A stretch of DNA of 64,000 nucleotides, taken from the NCBI GenBank assembly GCA_958296125.1, contig OY282444.1:4633266-4697265 (forward strand), written 5' to 3'. Of this stretch, positions 17,898 through 28,841 are shown piece after piece (position 1 is the first letter of the stretch; every line of letters starts with the position of its first letter). The position numbers and the translations under genes are program-made. Source of the stretch: an uncultured Poribacteria bacterium. GTDB taxonomy: Bacteria; Poribacteria; WGA-4E; PCPOR2b. A model generated the notes under the pieces. That model was not told the origin of the DNA, made no database searches, and saw nothing but the letters and a program-made list of their open reading frames with translations.

Positions 17898-19133
17898 ATG
17901 ATCTCATACATTATTGGAGCAGTCTATTTCATCCTTATCTTAGAAGTGCTGCTAATCATCAACTCATTCCGATACGCGCGGCGGGAACGCAATACCAAAA
18001 GACCCGATTATACCCCAAAAGCTGCTATCGTCGCACCGCATTATGGCTGGGACAATCAGACAGCAGAAAATGTAAAACGGTTACTGGATCAGGATTATGC
18101 GGGCGCGTATGAAGTGTTTTTCGTCACACACGCAAAGGGGGAGTCCGACTACGATGAGTCCTACCCGCATCTGCTTGAGATTGCCGAAAGACACCCCAAT
18201 GTGCATACACTGCTTGCGCCGAACATTATCGAGAACTCCCTTCCGCGCTCGCAGAAAGTGCAGAATCTGATGACAGCAATCGCGGCATTTCCAGATGATG
18301 TTGAGATTATCGCTTTTGTTGATGCGGATGCAACAATTGAGCGAGATTGGTTGACGCTGCTCGTCCAACCGCTTCAGGAAAAAAAGGTCGGAGCGACAGT
18401 GGGAGCGAGATTTTATTTTCCACATACCTTGAATACGGCATCTCTTGTCGAAGCCGTTTGGGTTAACTTTCAGATCGCGTTACAAGGCGATCACCCACTG
18501 GCTATGGTTTGGGGCGGCTCCAACGCAATCCGTCGCGAATCTTTTGAGAAAAGCAAGGTATTGCAACGTTGGAACAACGCAACCATTGAAGACCACAATT
18601 TGACGCACGCGGTGAGAGACCTTAGACGTAAGGTTCACTTTGTGCCGGATTGCATCGCGATTACCCATACTGAGAAGCGGACATGGAAACAGGTCATAGA
18701 GTTTACCAACCGACAAATAGTGATGACCTTTCGGATGGGACTTAAAGCGCAGTGGTGGGGCACCTTGCTGCTACTTCTGCCGAAGGCTTTGTTTGTTCTC
18801 GGTTCAATTCCGTTAATATTCTATTCCGAAAGACTCCTCCTTGTCCTCCTTGTTCCGTTTATCGAAATTCAAAGTTATCGCGCCTTCTCGCGAAACCTAC
18901 CTCTCTGGCTGAGAGATATGCCCAAAATACGTGAAACCCTCCGAATCACCTCGCTTGTCGCGCCGATAGCGATGTTTCTTGCAGGACTGAATACGTTGTA
19001 CGCGCTATTTCAGAACAAGATTGTATGGGGCGGCGTTCGCTACGAAATTCTTTCAGCCACAAAGTGTCGTGTTTTAGGGCAGATTACGGAAGAGGATGGA
19101 ACAAACGGGCAGAACGGAGGGAGATCAGTTTAG
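17898..19133 (+). CDS. GT2/GT21 ceramide glucosyltransferase (HpnI)-like membrane glycosyltransferase
   Basis: N-terminal TM, SQKVQNL, FVDAD, VWGGSNA, IED, RQ, C-terminal TMs and IVWGGVRY. Confidence 0.8.
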   Translation: MISYIIGAVYFILILEVLLIINSFRYARRERNTKRPDYTPKAAIVAPHYGWDNQTAENVKRLLDQDYAGAYEVFFVTHAKGESDYDESYPHLLEIAERHPNVHTLLAPNIIENSLPRSQKVQNLMTAIAAFPDDVEIIAFVDADATIERDWLTLLVQPLQEKKVGATVGARFYFPHTLNTASLVEAVWVNFQIALQGDHPLAMVWGGSNAIRRESFEKSKVLQRWNNATIEDHNLTHAVRDLRRKVHFVPDCIAITHTEKRTWKQVIEFTNRQIVMTFRMGLKAQWWGTLLLLLPKALFVLGSIPLIFYSERLLLVLLVPFIEIQSYRAFSRNLPLWLRDMPKIRETLRITSLVAPIAMFLAGLNTLYALFQNKIVWGGVRYEILSATKCRVLGQITEEDGTNGQNGGRSV

Positions 19134-19191
19134 GCGTTCAAGAGTTCATAGGTTCATTTAGATTTTACGTTCCGTAACAGAAAGGAAGGCT

Positions 19192-20412
19192 ATGGCAATT
19201 CGAAGTCGAGTTTCACCCCGTTTTTTTGTGAATCAACTTGCAACCGCAATGTCAGATGATTGGGCAACTTCTTACGCGCTCATGAAATATCAGATCGCAA
19301 AGGAGAGTTTTAACTGGAGACACCCATTCGGTGCCAAACACGGCAAAGGCGACGCTATCCAACTGGTGAGTTTACGAATCACGGATATGTGCAACCTGCG
19401 CTGTCACTCCTGCGGACAGTGGGGAGATAACGGCTATCTGCTTGGCGAATCTCTCAAAGCACTGAAGCAACGGGAGGTTCCCGTTGAAATCTACAAGCGA
19501 CTTGTTGATCAGATTGTTGATGCCGGCTGGTCGCCTGTGTGGTATATCTGGGGCGGCGAGCCGATGCTTTACCCCGACTTGATTGAGCTGCTGCATTACA
19601 TCAAAGAACGAGACATGCCAATTTCGCTCGTGACGAATGGGACCCATCTCGCCAGACGCGCCGATGACATTCTCGAAACATGCAAAATTCTGTATTTGAG
19701 CGTTGATGGACCCAATGAAGAGATCCACAACAATCAGCGTCCCGGGGTCACGGCGAATTACGATAACTTCAAGGACGTAAAGGCAGCACTTGAAACATTG
19801 AGTGCAGAGAAGAAGCGTCGGAATCTTGCGTTTCCATACATCGTCCCGCTCAGTTGTATCACGATGTACAATATCGACGATGTCGTCGATCTCTACAAAT
19901 TCACGAGCCAGTATGCAGATACACAGATCTTCTACCTAACGTGGTGGATTGACGCGCATTCCGCGCAGGCACACACCGAAGATTTTGAGGGTCGTTTCGG
20001 TTTCAAGCCCCAAACTCACTACGGTTGGATTGGAACGTGGAAAGACTTTAATCACGGTGCCATCCTCGACAAGTTTGAGGAGATGGAGGGTCTCTCGAAA
20101 GAGACACAGCGGTGCCCCCCGATGATGATGCCGCAACTCAACACGCGAGAGGAGATCCAGCGATACTACACCGACCACACGGCGGCTTTCGGTTACAATC
20201 AGTGCGTCAGTATCTACATGACAATGGAGGTTGACAGCAACGGCGACGTTAGCCTCTGCCGTGATTATCATGACTACATCATCGGCAATATCAAAACGGA
20301 TTCTGTCACAGATATGTGGGATAACGCCGCCGCCCGTAAATTTCGCAATTCGATCAGCACCGACGGGCCCATGCCTGTTTGTCGTCGCTGCTGCGGCTTA
20401 ATGGGATTTTAA
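19192..20412 (+). CDS. Radical SAM enzyme with SPASM/Twitch domain
   Basis: CNLRCHSC, WGGEP, C-terminal C..GDVSLC..IGNI..CRRCC; GAAAGGA RBS. Confidence 0.9.
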   Translation: MAIRSRVSPRFFVNQLATAMSDDWATSYALMKYQIAKESFNWRHPFGAKHGKGDAIQLVSLRITDMCNLRCHSCGQWGDNGYLLGESLKALKQREVPVEIYKRLVDQIVDAGWSPVWYIWGGEPMLYPDLIELLHYIKERDMPISLVTNGTHLARRADDILETCKILYLSVDGPNEEIHNNQRPGVTANYDNFKDVKAALETLSAEKKRRNLAFPYIVPLSCITMYNIDDVVDLYKFTSQYADTQIFYLTWWIDAHSAQAHTEDFEGRFGFKPQTHYGWIGTWKDFNHGAILDKFEEMEGLSKETQRCPPMMMPQLNTREEIQRYYTDHTAAFGYNQCVSIYMTMEVDSNGDVSLCRDYHDYIIGNIKTDSVTDMWDNAAARKFRNSISTDGPMPVCRRCCGLMGF

Positions 20413-20449
20413 GACCGAACTAATGCCCTTATGTGCCAAGTTTAAAAAT

Positions 20450-21067
20450 TCATTGTGATACAGGAACGAGTCCTTTACTTTCGAGAAGGGCAACGACACG
20501 CTCGGCACATTCTTCGAGCGTCTGGCTTCCTGTATCCACGGTCAGTTCCGGATGGGGCGGTGCTTCGTAAGGAGCACTGATTCCCGTGAACTCCTTGATC
20601 TCACCTGCCCGTGCCTTTTTATATAACCCCTTCGTATCTCGTGCTTCGCACACCTCTAACGGACAATCGACGAAAACTTCCACAAATCGCCCTTCGTCAA
20701 GCAGATCCCGCGCATTGTCTCGATCCGTGCGGTAGGGTGAAATGAAGGCAGTCATCGCAATAACACCGGCATCGGTAAACAGCTTCGCAACCTCCCCAAT
20801 GCGGCGGATGTTTTCCTCCCGATCTTCAGGAGAAAAGCCGAGATTTTTATTCAAACCGTGTCGGACGTTGTCGCCATCAAGAACATAGGTGAGATGCCCG
20901 CGCCGGTATAATCGACTTTCCACTTCAAGAGCAAGGGTAGACTTGCCGGAGCCTGACAACCCGGTGAACCAGATGACACACCCTTTCTGGTTGAGAAGAT
21001 TTTCTCTGTCCGTCTGGACAACGTTCGCTTCGTGCCATGTGATATTCGTTGCCTTCTGTTCTGTCAT
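20450..21067 (-). CDS. cysC: Adenylyl-sulfate kinase
   Basis: [33 protein letters not shown]. Confidence 0.97.
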   Translation of the reverse strand: MTEQKATNITWHEANVVQTDRENLLNQKGCVIWFTGLSGSGKSTLALEVESRLYRRGHLTYVLDGDNVRHGLNKNLGFSPEDREENIRRIGEVAKLFTDAGVIAMTAFISPYRTDRDNARDLLDEGRFVEVFVDCPLEVCEARDTKGLYKKARAGEIKEFTGISAPYEAPPHPELTVDTGSQTLEECAERVVALLESKGLVPVSQ

Positions 21068-21068
21068 A

Positions 21069-22487
21069 CTATTCTCCTATTTTTTTGGAATCTGACGGTG
21101 AGGAATTACTTGGTAACGGCAGCCAAAGCGACACCGTTGTGCCCTGCCCAACAACGCTCTTACTCTGTATATCCCCACCGTGTTGTTCAAGAACGCGTTT
21201 CGCATTTGCCAGCCCAAGTCCGGTTCCCTGTGATTTTGTTGTGAAGAAAGGCTCAAAAAGGCGGTTTAAATCTTCCGGTGGGATGCCAATGCCCGTATCC
21301 ACAATGTCAATACGGACCTTGTCTGAATCTCGTGAGGCAATTTGCCTCACCGTCAGGATTTCCAGGGTGCCGCCCCCCGGCATCGCATCCATAGCGTTTA
21401 ATACGATGTTCATAAACGCCTGTTTCAACTTATCGCGATCCAACGAAATTGGGGGGTGATCGGGAGCGAATTTCTTGATTAGCGTGATCCGATGGTGATT
21501 CAGGTTAGCCTCCATCAGATCCAGGACCTCCTGTAAAACTTGATTCAAATCGTGGGGGGCAAGTCTAAGGGATGCAGGACGGGCAAAATCCATGAATCCT
21601 TTGACAATTACATCAATCCGTTCAATTTCTTCAAGGATATATTGCATCGACTGCTTTCGCCTCGATTCTGAAAGATTTGCTTTTCGCATTACCATTTGCG
21701 CTAGCATCCGCATTGACGAGAGGGGGTTCCGTATCTCATGGGCAAACGATGCTGCCATCTTCCCCGCTGTGGCGAGGCGTTCGGCACCTATCAGTTCATT
21801 CCGTGAATTCCGTAAGTCACGCGTCATTTGATTAAACGCACGGGTAAGGTCACCAATTTCGTCGTGTGTCTTCGCCTCGCCCTGCTCGTTCAGGTCCCCG
21901 CCGGCGACCTTCCGCGTGAATTGTACCAAATCCTTGATCGGATCGGTGAGATTCCGCCCAATAAGATGGCTGATGAGCCCAACTAATGGGATAACAGCGG
22001 CGGCAATTCCCAACATTAATAACGTTACCCACTGTTTTGCAGCAGCGATTTCCTCCCTGGGACGCATCAGGCAGTACAACCGGTCGTAAGCCTGCAGGTA
22101 ATAGATGACTTTATAGTGTCTCCCATTGACCATCACATTTTGTGAAACAAAGTCACGGTTTGATTCCTTGATGCGTTTACGGCCTTCGTGCAACTTCATA
22201 TCCTCAGCGAAGCTCGCCCAATCTCCGGGGAGGGTGGTGTAATTCACGGTGTTGTCGCTACTCACAATCGTCACTTCTGCACCGTACGCTTCTTTGACCT
22301 TCTCTGGATGGCGAATATAGCCGGTGTCCACAATCGTCTCAAGCCACTTCTGGGTTTCCCAGCTAATCTGCTCATCGTATTTCCGATCAAAAAGCCCAAT
22401 GGTGATGACCGGCACGATGAGAATAACCACCGTGACGAGCAGAATGAACGGAAGCACGATCTTGTTTTGAATACTATATCGACGCAT
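21069..22487 (-). CDS. Membrane sensor histidine kinase (HAMP, HisKA, HATPase)
   Basis: Two TMs, [30 protein letters not shown]; no response regulator adjacent. Confidence 0.93.
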   Translation of the reverse strand: MRRYSIQNKIVLPFILLVTVVILIVPVITIGLFDRKYDEQISWETQKWLETIVDTGYIRHPEKVKEAYGAEVTIVSSDNTVNYTTLPGDWASFAEDMKLHEGRKRIKESNRDFVSQNVMVNGRHYKVIYYLQAYDRLYCLMRPREEIAAAKQWVTLLMLGIAAAVIPLVGLISHLIGRNLTDPIKDLVQFTRKVAGGDLNEQGEAKTHDEIGDLTRAFNQMTRDLRNSRNELIGAERLATAGKMAASFAHEIRNPLSSMRMLAQMVMRKANLSESRRKQSMQYILEEIERIDVIVKGFMDFARPASLRLAPHDLNQVLQEVLDLMEANLNHHRITLIKKFAPDHPPISLDRDKLKQAFMNIVLNAMDAMPGGGTLEILTVRQIASRDSDKVRIDIVDTGIGIPPEDLNRLFEPFFTTKSQGTGLGLANAKRVLEQHGGDIQSKSVVGQGTTVSLWLPLPSNSSPSDSKKIGE

Positions 22488-22661
22488 AAGAACCTGAAAG
22501 CATTAATGGCAACATACTTGCACTTTAGGTGCAAAGCAAAACTGGATTAGCCGTCTCACTATTTTGAGCCCCTGCTAGATTGGCAGACTAACCTATTACT
22601 ATAGCCGAGATTCAAGCCGGATGTCAAGTTGAAAGCACTGACCATAGAAATTCAGGAAATG

Positions 22662-22690
22662 GGAACAATTTGATACAGGTTAGTGTGTAA
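22662..22690 (+). promoter_or_regulatory. Possible ECF-type autoregulatory promoter
   Basis: GGAAC-N16-GTGTGTAA upstream of an ECF sigma gene. Confidence 0.3.
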
Positions 22691-22761
22691 TAAAAAAATT
22701 AGCATCGGCTGCTGCGTACCTGTGTGCATTGGCTGTTCCTCACCGCAAAGGAGAACGCTAC

Positions 22762-23403
22762 ATGATTCAATATAATACCTTATCCGCAACTTCAACACCC
22801 ACACCTCCGCCTGCTGACGAAAAAGAACTTGTCGAACGATTCCAGAATGGTGAAAAGGAAGTTTTTAATGAACTTGTCATCAAATATCAGGGGAAGATCT
22901 ATAACTTGGTTTATAAGTATGTTTCTAACTCTGAAACTGCGAGAGATCTTTCTCAAGAAATCTTTATCAAAGCCTTTCGAGCCTTACCTCATTTCAAACG
23001 GCAATCAGCATTCTATAGTTGGCTCTATCGGATTGCCATCAATCTGTGCATTGACTTCATTCGTCAACAAAAACGCAAACAACCTTTATCTTTTGAGGAC
23101 TTAACCACAGGGAAAAATGACGAGGTAGTGTTCAGTGACATGAGCCCACTGCCGCCGGATCAGTTAGAGGCTAAAGAACTTGGGGACATCATTGGCCAAG
23201 CGGTGCAGCAACTTCCGCCCAAACAGCAGCATGTCTTCAATCTCCGATATCACGGTGGGCTTCAACTGAAGGAGATTGCCGCTCAACTGGATCGGTCTGA
23301 AGGCACAATCAAGGCGCATCTTCACCATGCCCATAAACGTCTTCAGACACTTCTGATTCCGTACTTGAAAAATGAACAACTGGAATGGGCACTAAATCTT
23401 TAA
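22762..23403 (+). CDS. ECF sigma factor (RpoE-like)
   Basis: Region 2 FYSWLYRIAINLCID; region 4 EIAAQLDRSEGTIKAHLHHA; ATG 22762 after AAAGGAG. Confidence 0.9.
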   Translation: MIQYNTLSATSTPTPPPADEKELVERFQNGEKEVFNELVIKYQGKIYNLVYKYVSNSETARDLSQEIFIKAFRALPHFKRQSAFYSWLYRIAINLCIDFIRQQKRKQPLSFEDLTTGKNDEVVFSDMSPLPPDQLEAKELGDIIGQAVQQLPPKQQHVFNLRYHGGLQLKEIAAQLDRSEGTIKAHLHHAHKRLQTLLIPYLKNEQLEWALNL

Positions 23404-23559
23404 CCAAGTTTTGTAAAAATTCTCCCAAAGTCATCGTTATGATAAGAGACTAAACCCTACCAAGACAAATTGTGAAAATCGCTGCTGTTGAGACAACGGA
23501 GCATAAAAATTCGTAATAGGCATCTCCGGTGAAAGCCGATCGGCTGATACCTTTTTCCT

Positions 23560-25386
23560 ATGAAAGATTTACAAGCACTCCTTCAAAATGTAGACAAACT
23601 TCTCAATACACCGGGTGAAGTGCCCACATCTCCCCCAATCTCAACAGATGACACCCAAGATGAATTACTTGTAGCACTCAAAAAATATTTCGGCTACACT
23701 GCCTTTCGGGATGGCCAGCGTGAAGTTGTGGAAAAGATTCTGAACGGAGAGAACATTCTCGCGTCCTTCCCAACCGGCTACGGAAAGTCACTCTGTTATC
23801 AGTTGCCGGCGTTGATGCTACCGGGGGTGACTGTAATCGTTTCACCGTTGATTTCTCTGATGAAAGATCAAGTCGATGCGTTGCGTGAGCAGGGAGTTTA
23901 TGCGGTAGCACTGCTCAACAGCAGTCTGAGTTGGGAGGAGTCCCGCGCGGAATTGGAACGCTTAGAACGTAGAGAAATCAAACTCTTTTATATCGCTCCA
24001 GAACGTTTTCGCAGTCGTCGGTTTCTGAATCTGCTCAATTCACACCAGATTTCTCTGTTTGTGATTGACGAAGCACACTGTATCTCTCAATGGGGACACG
24101 ATTTTCGTCCTGCCTACCTCGCACTCCGCGATGCCATCCGTGATTTACATCCGAGCTCAATTGCCCTATTCACAGCGACAGCAACCCCTGATGTGCGCCA
24201 AGATATTCTGCAGCAGTTAGAAATCCAACCGTGTCAAGCCTTCACCCGCGGTATTGAACGTCCCAACCTGAGATTCAGCGTTTGTGAAGTTTCGGCGGAT
24301 GCCAAAAAGTACCCGCTTCTTGATGAACACCTGCAGCAGCTAACAGGCAAGGGGATTGTGTACGCTGGACGACGGCGGGAGACTGAGGAGATCGCGTTGT
24401 ATCTAAAGAAGCGTGGGCACCGCGTCGATTTTTATCACGCCGGGCGCACAGATGTTGAGCGTAAACAGGTGCAAGATCGGGCCTTTAACGATGGTCCTAA
24501 TGGACTCGATCTGGTTGTTGCCACCAATGCGTTTGGAATGGGAATTGACAAATCCAACATTCGATATATCATTCATTGGACGATGACGGGAACACTGGAG
24601 CAGTACTATCAAGAAGCGGGGCGCGCTGGACGTGATGACGAAACCGCTCACTGCGTCCTGTTTTATTGCCCGGACGACCGAAAGTTGCATGAGTGGTTCG
24701 TCAAGGAGAGTGCGCCGAATAAACCGGATCTCCTGAAACTCCTGCAACTCATCGAAACCTTCCCCTCAGTTGGCAACTTTCGGATGTTTGCAGCGGAGGA
24801 GTTGGAGTGGTTGAGTAGTTCCAACGAAGGAAAAATTCGAGTTGGGATTAGCCACTTGGAGAAACTCGGTTTCCTGCGGAGATTGTATAATCTACCTTCA
24901 AAACTGTCGGTGAGAACCCCTTCATTTGAGCCCATCGAGAGCGCGGAGATTGCTGACGAATCACAACAGATTCTACTACGCCACTTGCGTTCTCGATCGG
25001 AATTACACCTCCTAGATTTTTGTCGAGAGCTGGACCTGCGGCCCGACCAACTCATGGAGCAGCTTATCGATTTACAGAGCGAAGGATATTTGAGGTATTG
25101 GGGAGCGGAAGATCTGGTATTGATTGAGTTACTTCAAGACAGCGACCTGTTCGCCTCGATGTCTGCGGATCAGATGGGGTTTGAGGACCATCTGCTCAGT
25201 AAACGTCGTCAGATTGATCAGATTGTCTTTTACGCACTTGCAGAAGGATGTCGTGGGCAATTGGTACGAGAGTATTTCGGAGAGACCGTCGAGGATGATT
25301 ATCGTTGCGAAAGCTGCGATCTGTGCGATCCGAGCCTACGACTCGTTGCTTTAAATGAGGGAAATAATGATACCAACACCCACTAA
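23560..25386 (+). CDS. recQ: RecQ-family ATP-dependent DNA helicase
   Basis: PTGYGKSLCYQ, DEAHCISQWGHDFRP, ATNAFGMGID, QEAGRAGRD, Zn-binding C..CDLC; no HRDC domain. Confidence 0.9.
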   Translation: MKDLQALLQNVDKLLNTPGEVPTSPPISTDDTQDELLVALKKYFGYTAFRDGQREVVEKILNGENILASFPTGYGKSLCYQLPALMLPGVTVIVSPLISLMKDQVDALREQGVYAVALLNSSLSWEESRAELERLERREIKLFYIAPERFRSRRFLNLLNSHQISLFVIDEAHCISQWGHDFRPAYLALRDAIRDLHPSSIALFTATATPDVRQDILQQLEIQPCQAFTRGIERPNLRFSVCEVSADAKKYPLLDEHLQQLTGKGIVYAGRRRETEEIALYLKKRGHRVDFYHAGRTDVERKQVQDRAFNDGPNGLDLVVATNAFGMGIDKSNIRYIIHWTMTGTLEQYYQEAGRAGRDDETAHCVLFYCPDDRKLHEWFVKESAPNKPDLLKLLQLIETFPSVGNFRMFAAEELEWLSSSNEGKIRVGISHLEKLGFLRRLYNLPSKLSVRTPSFEPIESAEIADESQQILLRHLRSRSELHLLDFCRELDLRPDQLMEQLIDLQSEGYLRYWGAEDLVLIELLQDSDLFASMSADQMGFEDHLLSKRRQIDQIVFYALAEGCRGQLVREYFGETVEDDYRCESCDLCDPSLRLVALNEGNNDTNTH

Positions 25387-27115
25387 TCCTATTGAGCTTG
25401 AGCGAAAACCGAACCTCGTCTTTGTCATCACCGACGACCAAGGCTACGGAGATTTCAGTTGTCATGGGAACCCGATAATCGAAACGCCGAATCTGGATGG
25501 GTTGCACAGCGAAAGCCTGCGTTTGACCAATCTGCATGTCGGTCCCACCTGTGCCCCGACACGAGCAGGTATTATGACCGGGCGTTACTGTAACTGCACC
25601 GGCGTGTGGCATACCATCGGAGGCCGCTCGCTTCTCCGAAACGATGAGCGCACGATGGCGGATATTTTTCGGGCAAATGGCTACAAAACAGGCATGTTCG
25701 GCAAGTGGCACTTGGGCGACAATTATCCCTTCAGACCCCACGACCGAGGGTTTGAAGAAGCACTCTATCACGGTGGTGGAGGGATTAGCCAAACGCCTGA
25801 CCATTGGGGAAATGACTATTTCGACGATACCTATGCCCGCAATGGAGTCAAAGAACCGTTCGAGGGCTATTGCACCGATGTCTGGTTCGATGAGGCAATG
25901 AAGTTTATCGAAGCAAACAGAGATTGTCCTTTCTTCTGCTATCTTCCAACCAATGCTCCACACAGTCCCTACCGTGTCCCGAACGCCTACAGTGAACCGT
26001 ATCGCGGGGGTATCCCCGATGCGAGAGCTAACTTCTACGGTATGATTGTCAATATCGACGAGAATCTGGCGCGGCTCAGGAATCATCTCCGGGAGCTTGG
26101 GATTGAAGACAACACAATTTTTATTTTTATGACCGACAACGGTTCCGCTGAAGGCTGTACGCTGGACGAGAACCAATTTGTCAGAGAAGGCTTCAACGCT
26201 GGAAGGCGTGGGAAGAAGGGCTCGGAATACGAGGGGGGCCACCGCGTGCCGCTTTTGATGCATTGGCCCAACGGTGGATTCACGGAAGGTCAGGATATCG
26301 ACCAACTCACTGCGAATATCGATCTACTCCCAACGTTGATTGATCTCTGTCAGCTAGAGGTTTCACAGGTTGGTTTCGGCGCGGGTAGTTTTCATGGGAT
26401 GAGCCTCGCACAACTTTTCAGGGGAGAAACGGAGACATTGCCTGAACGCGTCATCGTGACCGACTCCCAGCGGGTTGAACACCCGATTAAATGGAAGCAG
26501 AGCGCAACTATGACGCAACGCTGGCGCCTGATTAATGGTGTCGAACTCTACGATATAGAGGCAGACCCTGAACAACGAAACGACATCGCTGCGGAACATC
26601 CGGAGGTTGTCGAGGAATTGCGGGAACATTATGAAGCGTGGTGGGAATTGGTATCACCGCGTTTTGGTGAAGACCCTCCGATTGTGTTAGGCACGGAGAA
26701 CGAAAAAGAATCCGTCTTGACCACCCATGATTGGCACGGTGAACAGCACGCTTGGAATCAGGGGCAGGTTCGTCAGGGGCTTGTGTGTAACGGATATTGG
26801 GCAATCGAAATTGCTGAAGATGGGGAGTACGCCTTTGAGCTGCGACGGTGGCCCAAGGAGGAGGATAAACCGCTTACCGCTGGGATTCCCGGTGAAATTA
26901 TCGATTGGTATCATGGCGGGAAAGCCCTCAATCTGAAAACTGCTCGTCTACGTGTCGGTGATCAGGAGGCAACACAATCGATTGATCCGGAGGCAGCGGG
27001 CGTTATGTTTACGTTTCGTCTCACTGCCGGCGAGATGCAGCTACGGACATTTCTGACTAATGATGTGGGAGAGTCGATCGGTGCTTACTACATTTATGTA
27101 ACAAAAGTGACTTAA
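25367..27115 (+). CDS. Arylsulfatase
   Basis: PNLVFVITDDQG, CAPTR formylglycine motif, GKWHLG, TDNG. Confidence 0.93.
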   Translation: MIPTPTNPIELERKPNLVFVITDDQGYGDFSCHGNPIIETPNLDGLHSESLRLTNLHVGPTCAPTRAGIMTGRYCNCTGVWHTIGGRSLLRNDERTMADIFRANGYKTGMFGKWHLGDNYPFRPHDRGFEEALYHGGGGISQTPDHWGNDYFDDTYARNGVKEPFEGYCTDVWFDEAMKFIEANRDCPFFCYLPTNAPHSPYRVPNAYSEPYRGGIPDARANFYGMIVNIDENLARLRNHLRELGIEDNTIFIFMTDNGSAEGCTLDENQFVREGFNAGRRGKKGSEYEGGHRVPLLMHWPNGGFTEGQDIDQLTANIDLLPTLIDLCQLEVSQVGFGAGSFHGMSLAQLFRGETETLPERVIVTDSQRVEHPIKWKQSATMTQRWRLINGVELYDIEADPEQRNDIAAEHPEVVEELREHYEAWWELVSPRFGEDPPIVLGTENEKESVLTTHDWHGEQHAWNQGQVRQGLVCNGYWAIEIAEDGEYAFELRRWPKEEDKPLTAGIPGEIIDWYHGGKALNLKTARLRVGDQEATQSIDPEAAGVMFTFRLTAGEMQLRTFLTNDVGESIGAYYIYVTKVT

Positions 27116-27162
27116 CCGCGAAACAACCTGTGGTTTTCCGTTTTCGATAAAGGAGCTGAAAA

Positions 27163-27630
27163 ATGCCAGCTGCGCTAAATGCCGACACCAGTGGAGAGGA
27201 ACTCATAACAGTCGCCAACTTTAGTCATCCCACCGAAGCAGATCCGGTTGTAGCGTGGCTGGAATCAGAGGGAATTGAATGTTTTCTTACCAATGAGCAC
27301 ACGATTACCATGAATTGGCTCTGGTCAAATGCCATTGGTGGTGTTGGAGTGCGAGTAAAGGCAGCAGATGTCGAGCGAGTGAATGAAATCCTTCAGGTTG
27401 TTTTGAATCCCGATGCAATCGGGACTGAATTGACCGCGACGAATTCTGAGGTGGACCAGGAAAGCGATAATGATAGCGAGATTCGCTGTCCGCAATGTGG
27501 TTCAGAAAATGTGTATTATGAGAAATTCTCACGCCGTCTGGTGTTTGCTTCTTGGGCACTTTTAAGTGTTCCCCTACCGTTTTTTAAGAAAAAATGGAAG
27601 TGTCTGGAATGCGAACACCTGTTTAGATAA
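27163..27630 (+). CDS. DUF2007-like protein with C-terminal zinc ribbon
   Basis: LESEGIEC..AIGGVGVRV; CPQCGS...CLEC. Confidence 0.75.
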   Translation: MPAALNADTSGEELITVANFSHPTEADPVVAWLESEGIECFLTNEHTITMNWLWSNAIGGVGVRVKAADVERVNEILQVVLNPDAIGTELTATNSEVDQESDNDSEIRCPQCGSENVYYEKFSRRLVFASWALLSVPLPFFKKKWKCLECEHLFR

Positions 27631-27654
27631 TTTTTAACAGATTTAAGAACCGGG

Positions 27655-28734
27655 CTATTCTCCGCGGATTCGACCCTCCAGCGCACGAATTTCACTCTTA
27701 CCCTCCAGAAGCCCGATTTCCAGATGAAACTCTCGGATTTCACCGGGCTGGATATATTGTAAGTACCCATGTTTGCGATTCCATGCACGCCCTAGCATAC
27801 TGACATTGCCGGGTTCGATGCCGGTTACATACGTGCCTCTGTGGAAGTGTTGCCAGTGGTTGACGATAGGCATCTCTTCAATAGGGAACTTCCAGTAAAG
27901 TCCGAGTTGTAGCTTGTCGTTGATGAGCCCTACATGTACGTTCCCTTCCTCGTCTGCGATGGGACGGTGCACGTACACATCGTCGTGTGCTTCCTGCTGC
28001 GGTGCGAGAGCCACAGTGTAGTCCTCACGACTGACTTCTCGATCCTCCAACCACTCCGTGCTTTTTTCGCTGTTGATTACCACGCGGCTCCCGGCATCTA
28101 AGATTGGAAAGCCGGGGTTCGTATGGTAGACAAACATCAGCGGCGAACGATCCACACTGAGATTCTCAATGCGGTCATAAATCCGCAGGCATTTTTCGCC
28201 TAGCACCGTAGAGATTTCTCGGGTAAGCTCCAGATTAGTGCCGAAGACCACTGCCTCACGCATCTTTCCTCGGACACGCACCACATAATCCTCCCCTTCC
28301 CAGCCACACTCAGCGACAACGCCTTTGGCCGGAATAAAGGAGAGGCGACCGTGAAGCCCAAGTTCCTCATTCTCTTCTTCGGGATCCACCTCAGGATGAC
28401 CGGTGAAGGTCATACCGCAACTGGTCACCAATCCGCCAAAAAAGCCGCGCATCCACCCATAGCCTTGGGGTTCGTAGAAGGCGGGCCCCACATCGCCGGT
28501 GTTGCCACGAAAGCACAGGGACAACCCCTTATAGTGGGCAGAGGCAATATCAAGGGAACGCCCCGGCAAGATCGAAAAACAGAGGCCAGAAGCGTTGAAA
28601 ACTTCAATCAAATCGGAGCCCCGTTCGTTTCCTTCCACTAACTCCGCCCGGCGGGCTCCTGCCAGTTGGGTCATATCCCCAACCAATTCCAACAGTTGCT
28701 GTTTAGTATACTGATGCCCAAAAAGTTGTGGCAT
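27655..28734 (-). CDS. Aldose 1-epimerase-like protein (DUF4432)
   Basis: GRSLDI, FFGGLVTSCG, LHGR, YHTN, YVTGIEP. Confidence 0.8.
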   Translation of the reverse strand: MPQLFGHQYTKQQLLELVGDMTQLAGARRAELVEGNERGSDLIEVFNASGLCFSILPGRSLDIASAHYKGLSLCFRGNTGDVGPAFYEPQGYGWMRGFFGGLVTSCGMTFTGHPEVDPEEENEELGLHGRLSFIPAKGVVAECGWEGEDYVVRVRGKMREAVVFGTNLELTREISTVLGEKCLRIYDRIENLSVDRSPLMFVYHTNPGFPILDAGSRVVINSEKSTEWLEDREVSREDYTVALAPQQEAHDDVYVHRPIADEEGNVHVGLINDKLQLGLYWKFPIEEMPIVNHWQHFHRGTYVTGIEPGNVSMLGRAWNRKHGYLQYIQPGEIREFHLEIGLLEGKSEIRALEGRIRGE

Positions 28735-28841
28735 GTTGATCCTCCTTTAGATGATTTACGCCATAAAGAAAACCTGAGCCTCGAAAGTCGAAACGGGAAA
28801 TATCACACCAGCAGAAGTGGTTCCGCGGACTTACTTGGGTA

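Noticed and set aside
25196..26305. 369-aa minus-strand ORF
   Set aside because: Antisense shadow of the well-supported sulfatase; no motifs
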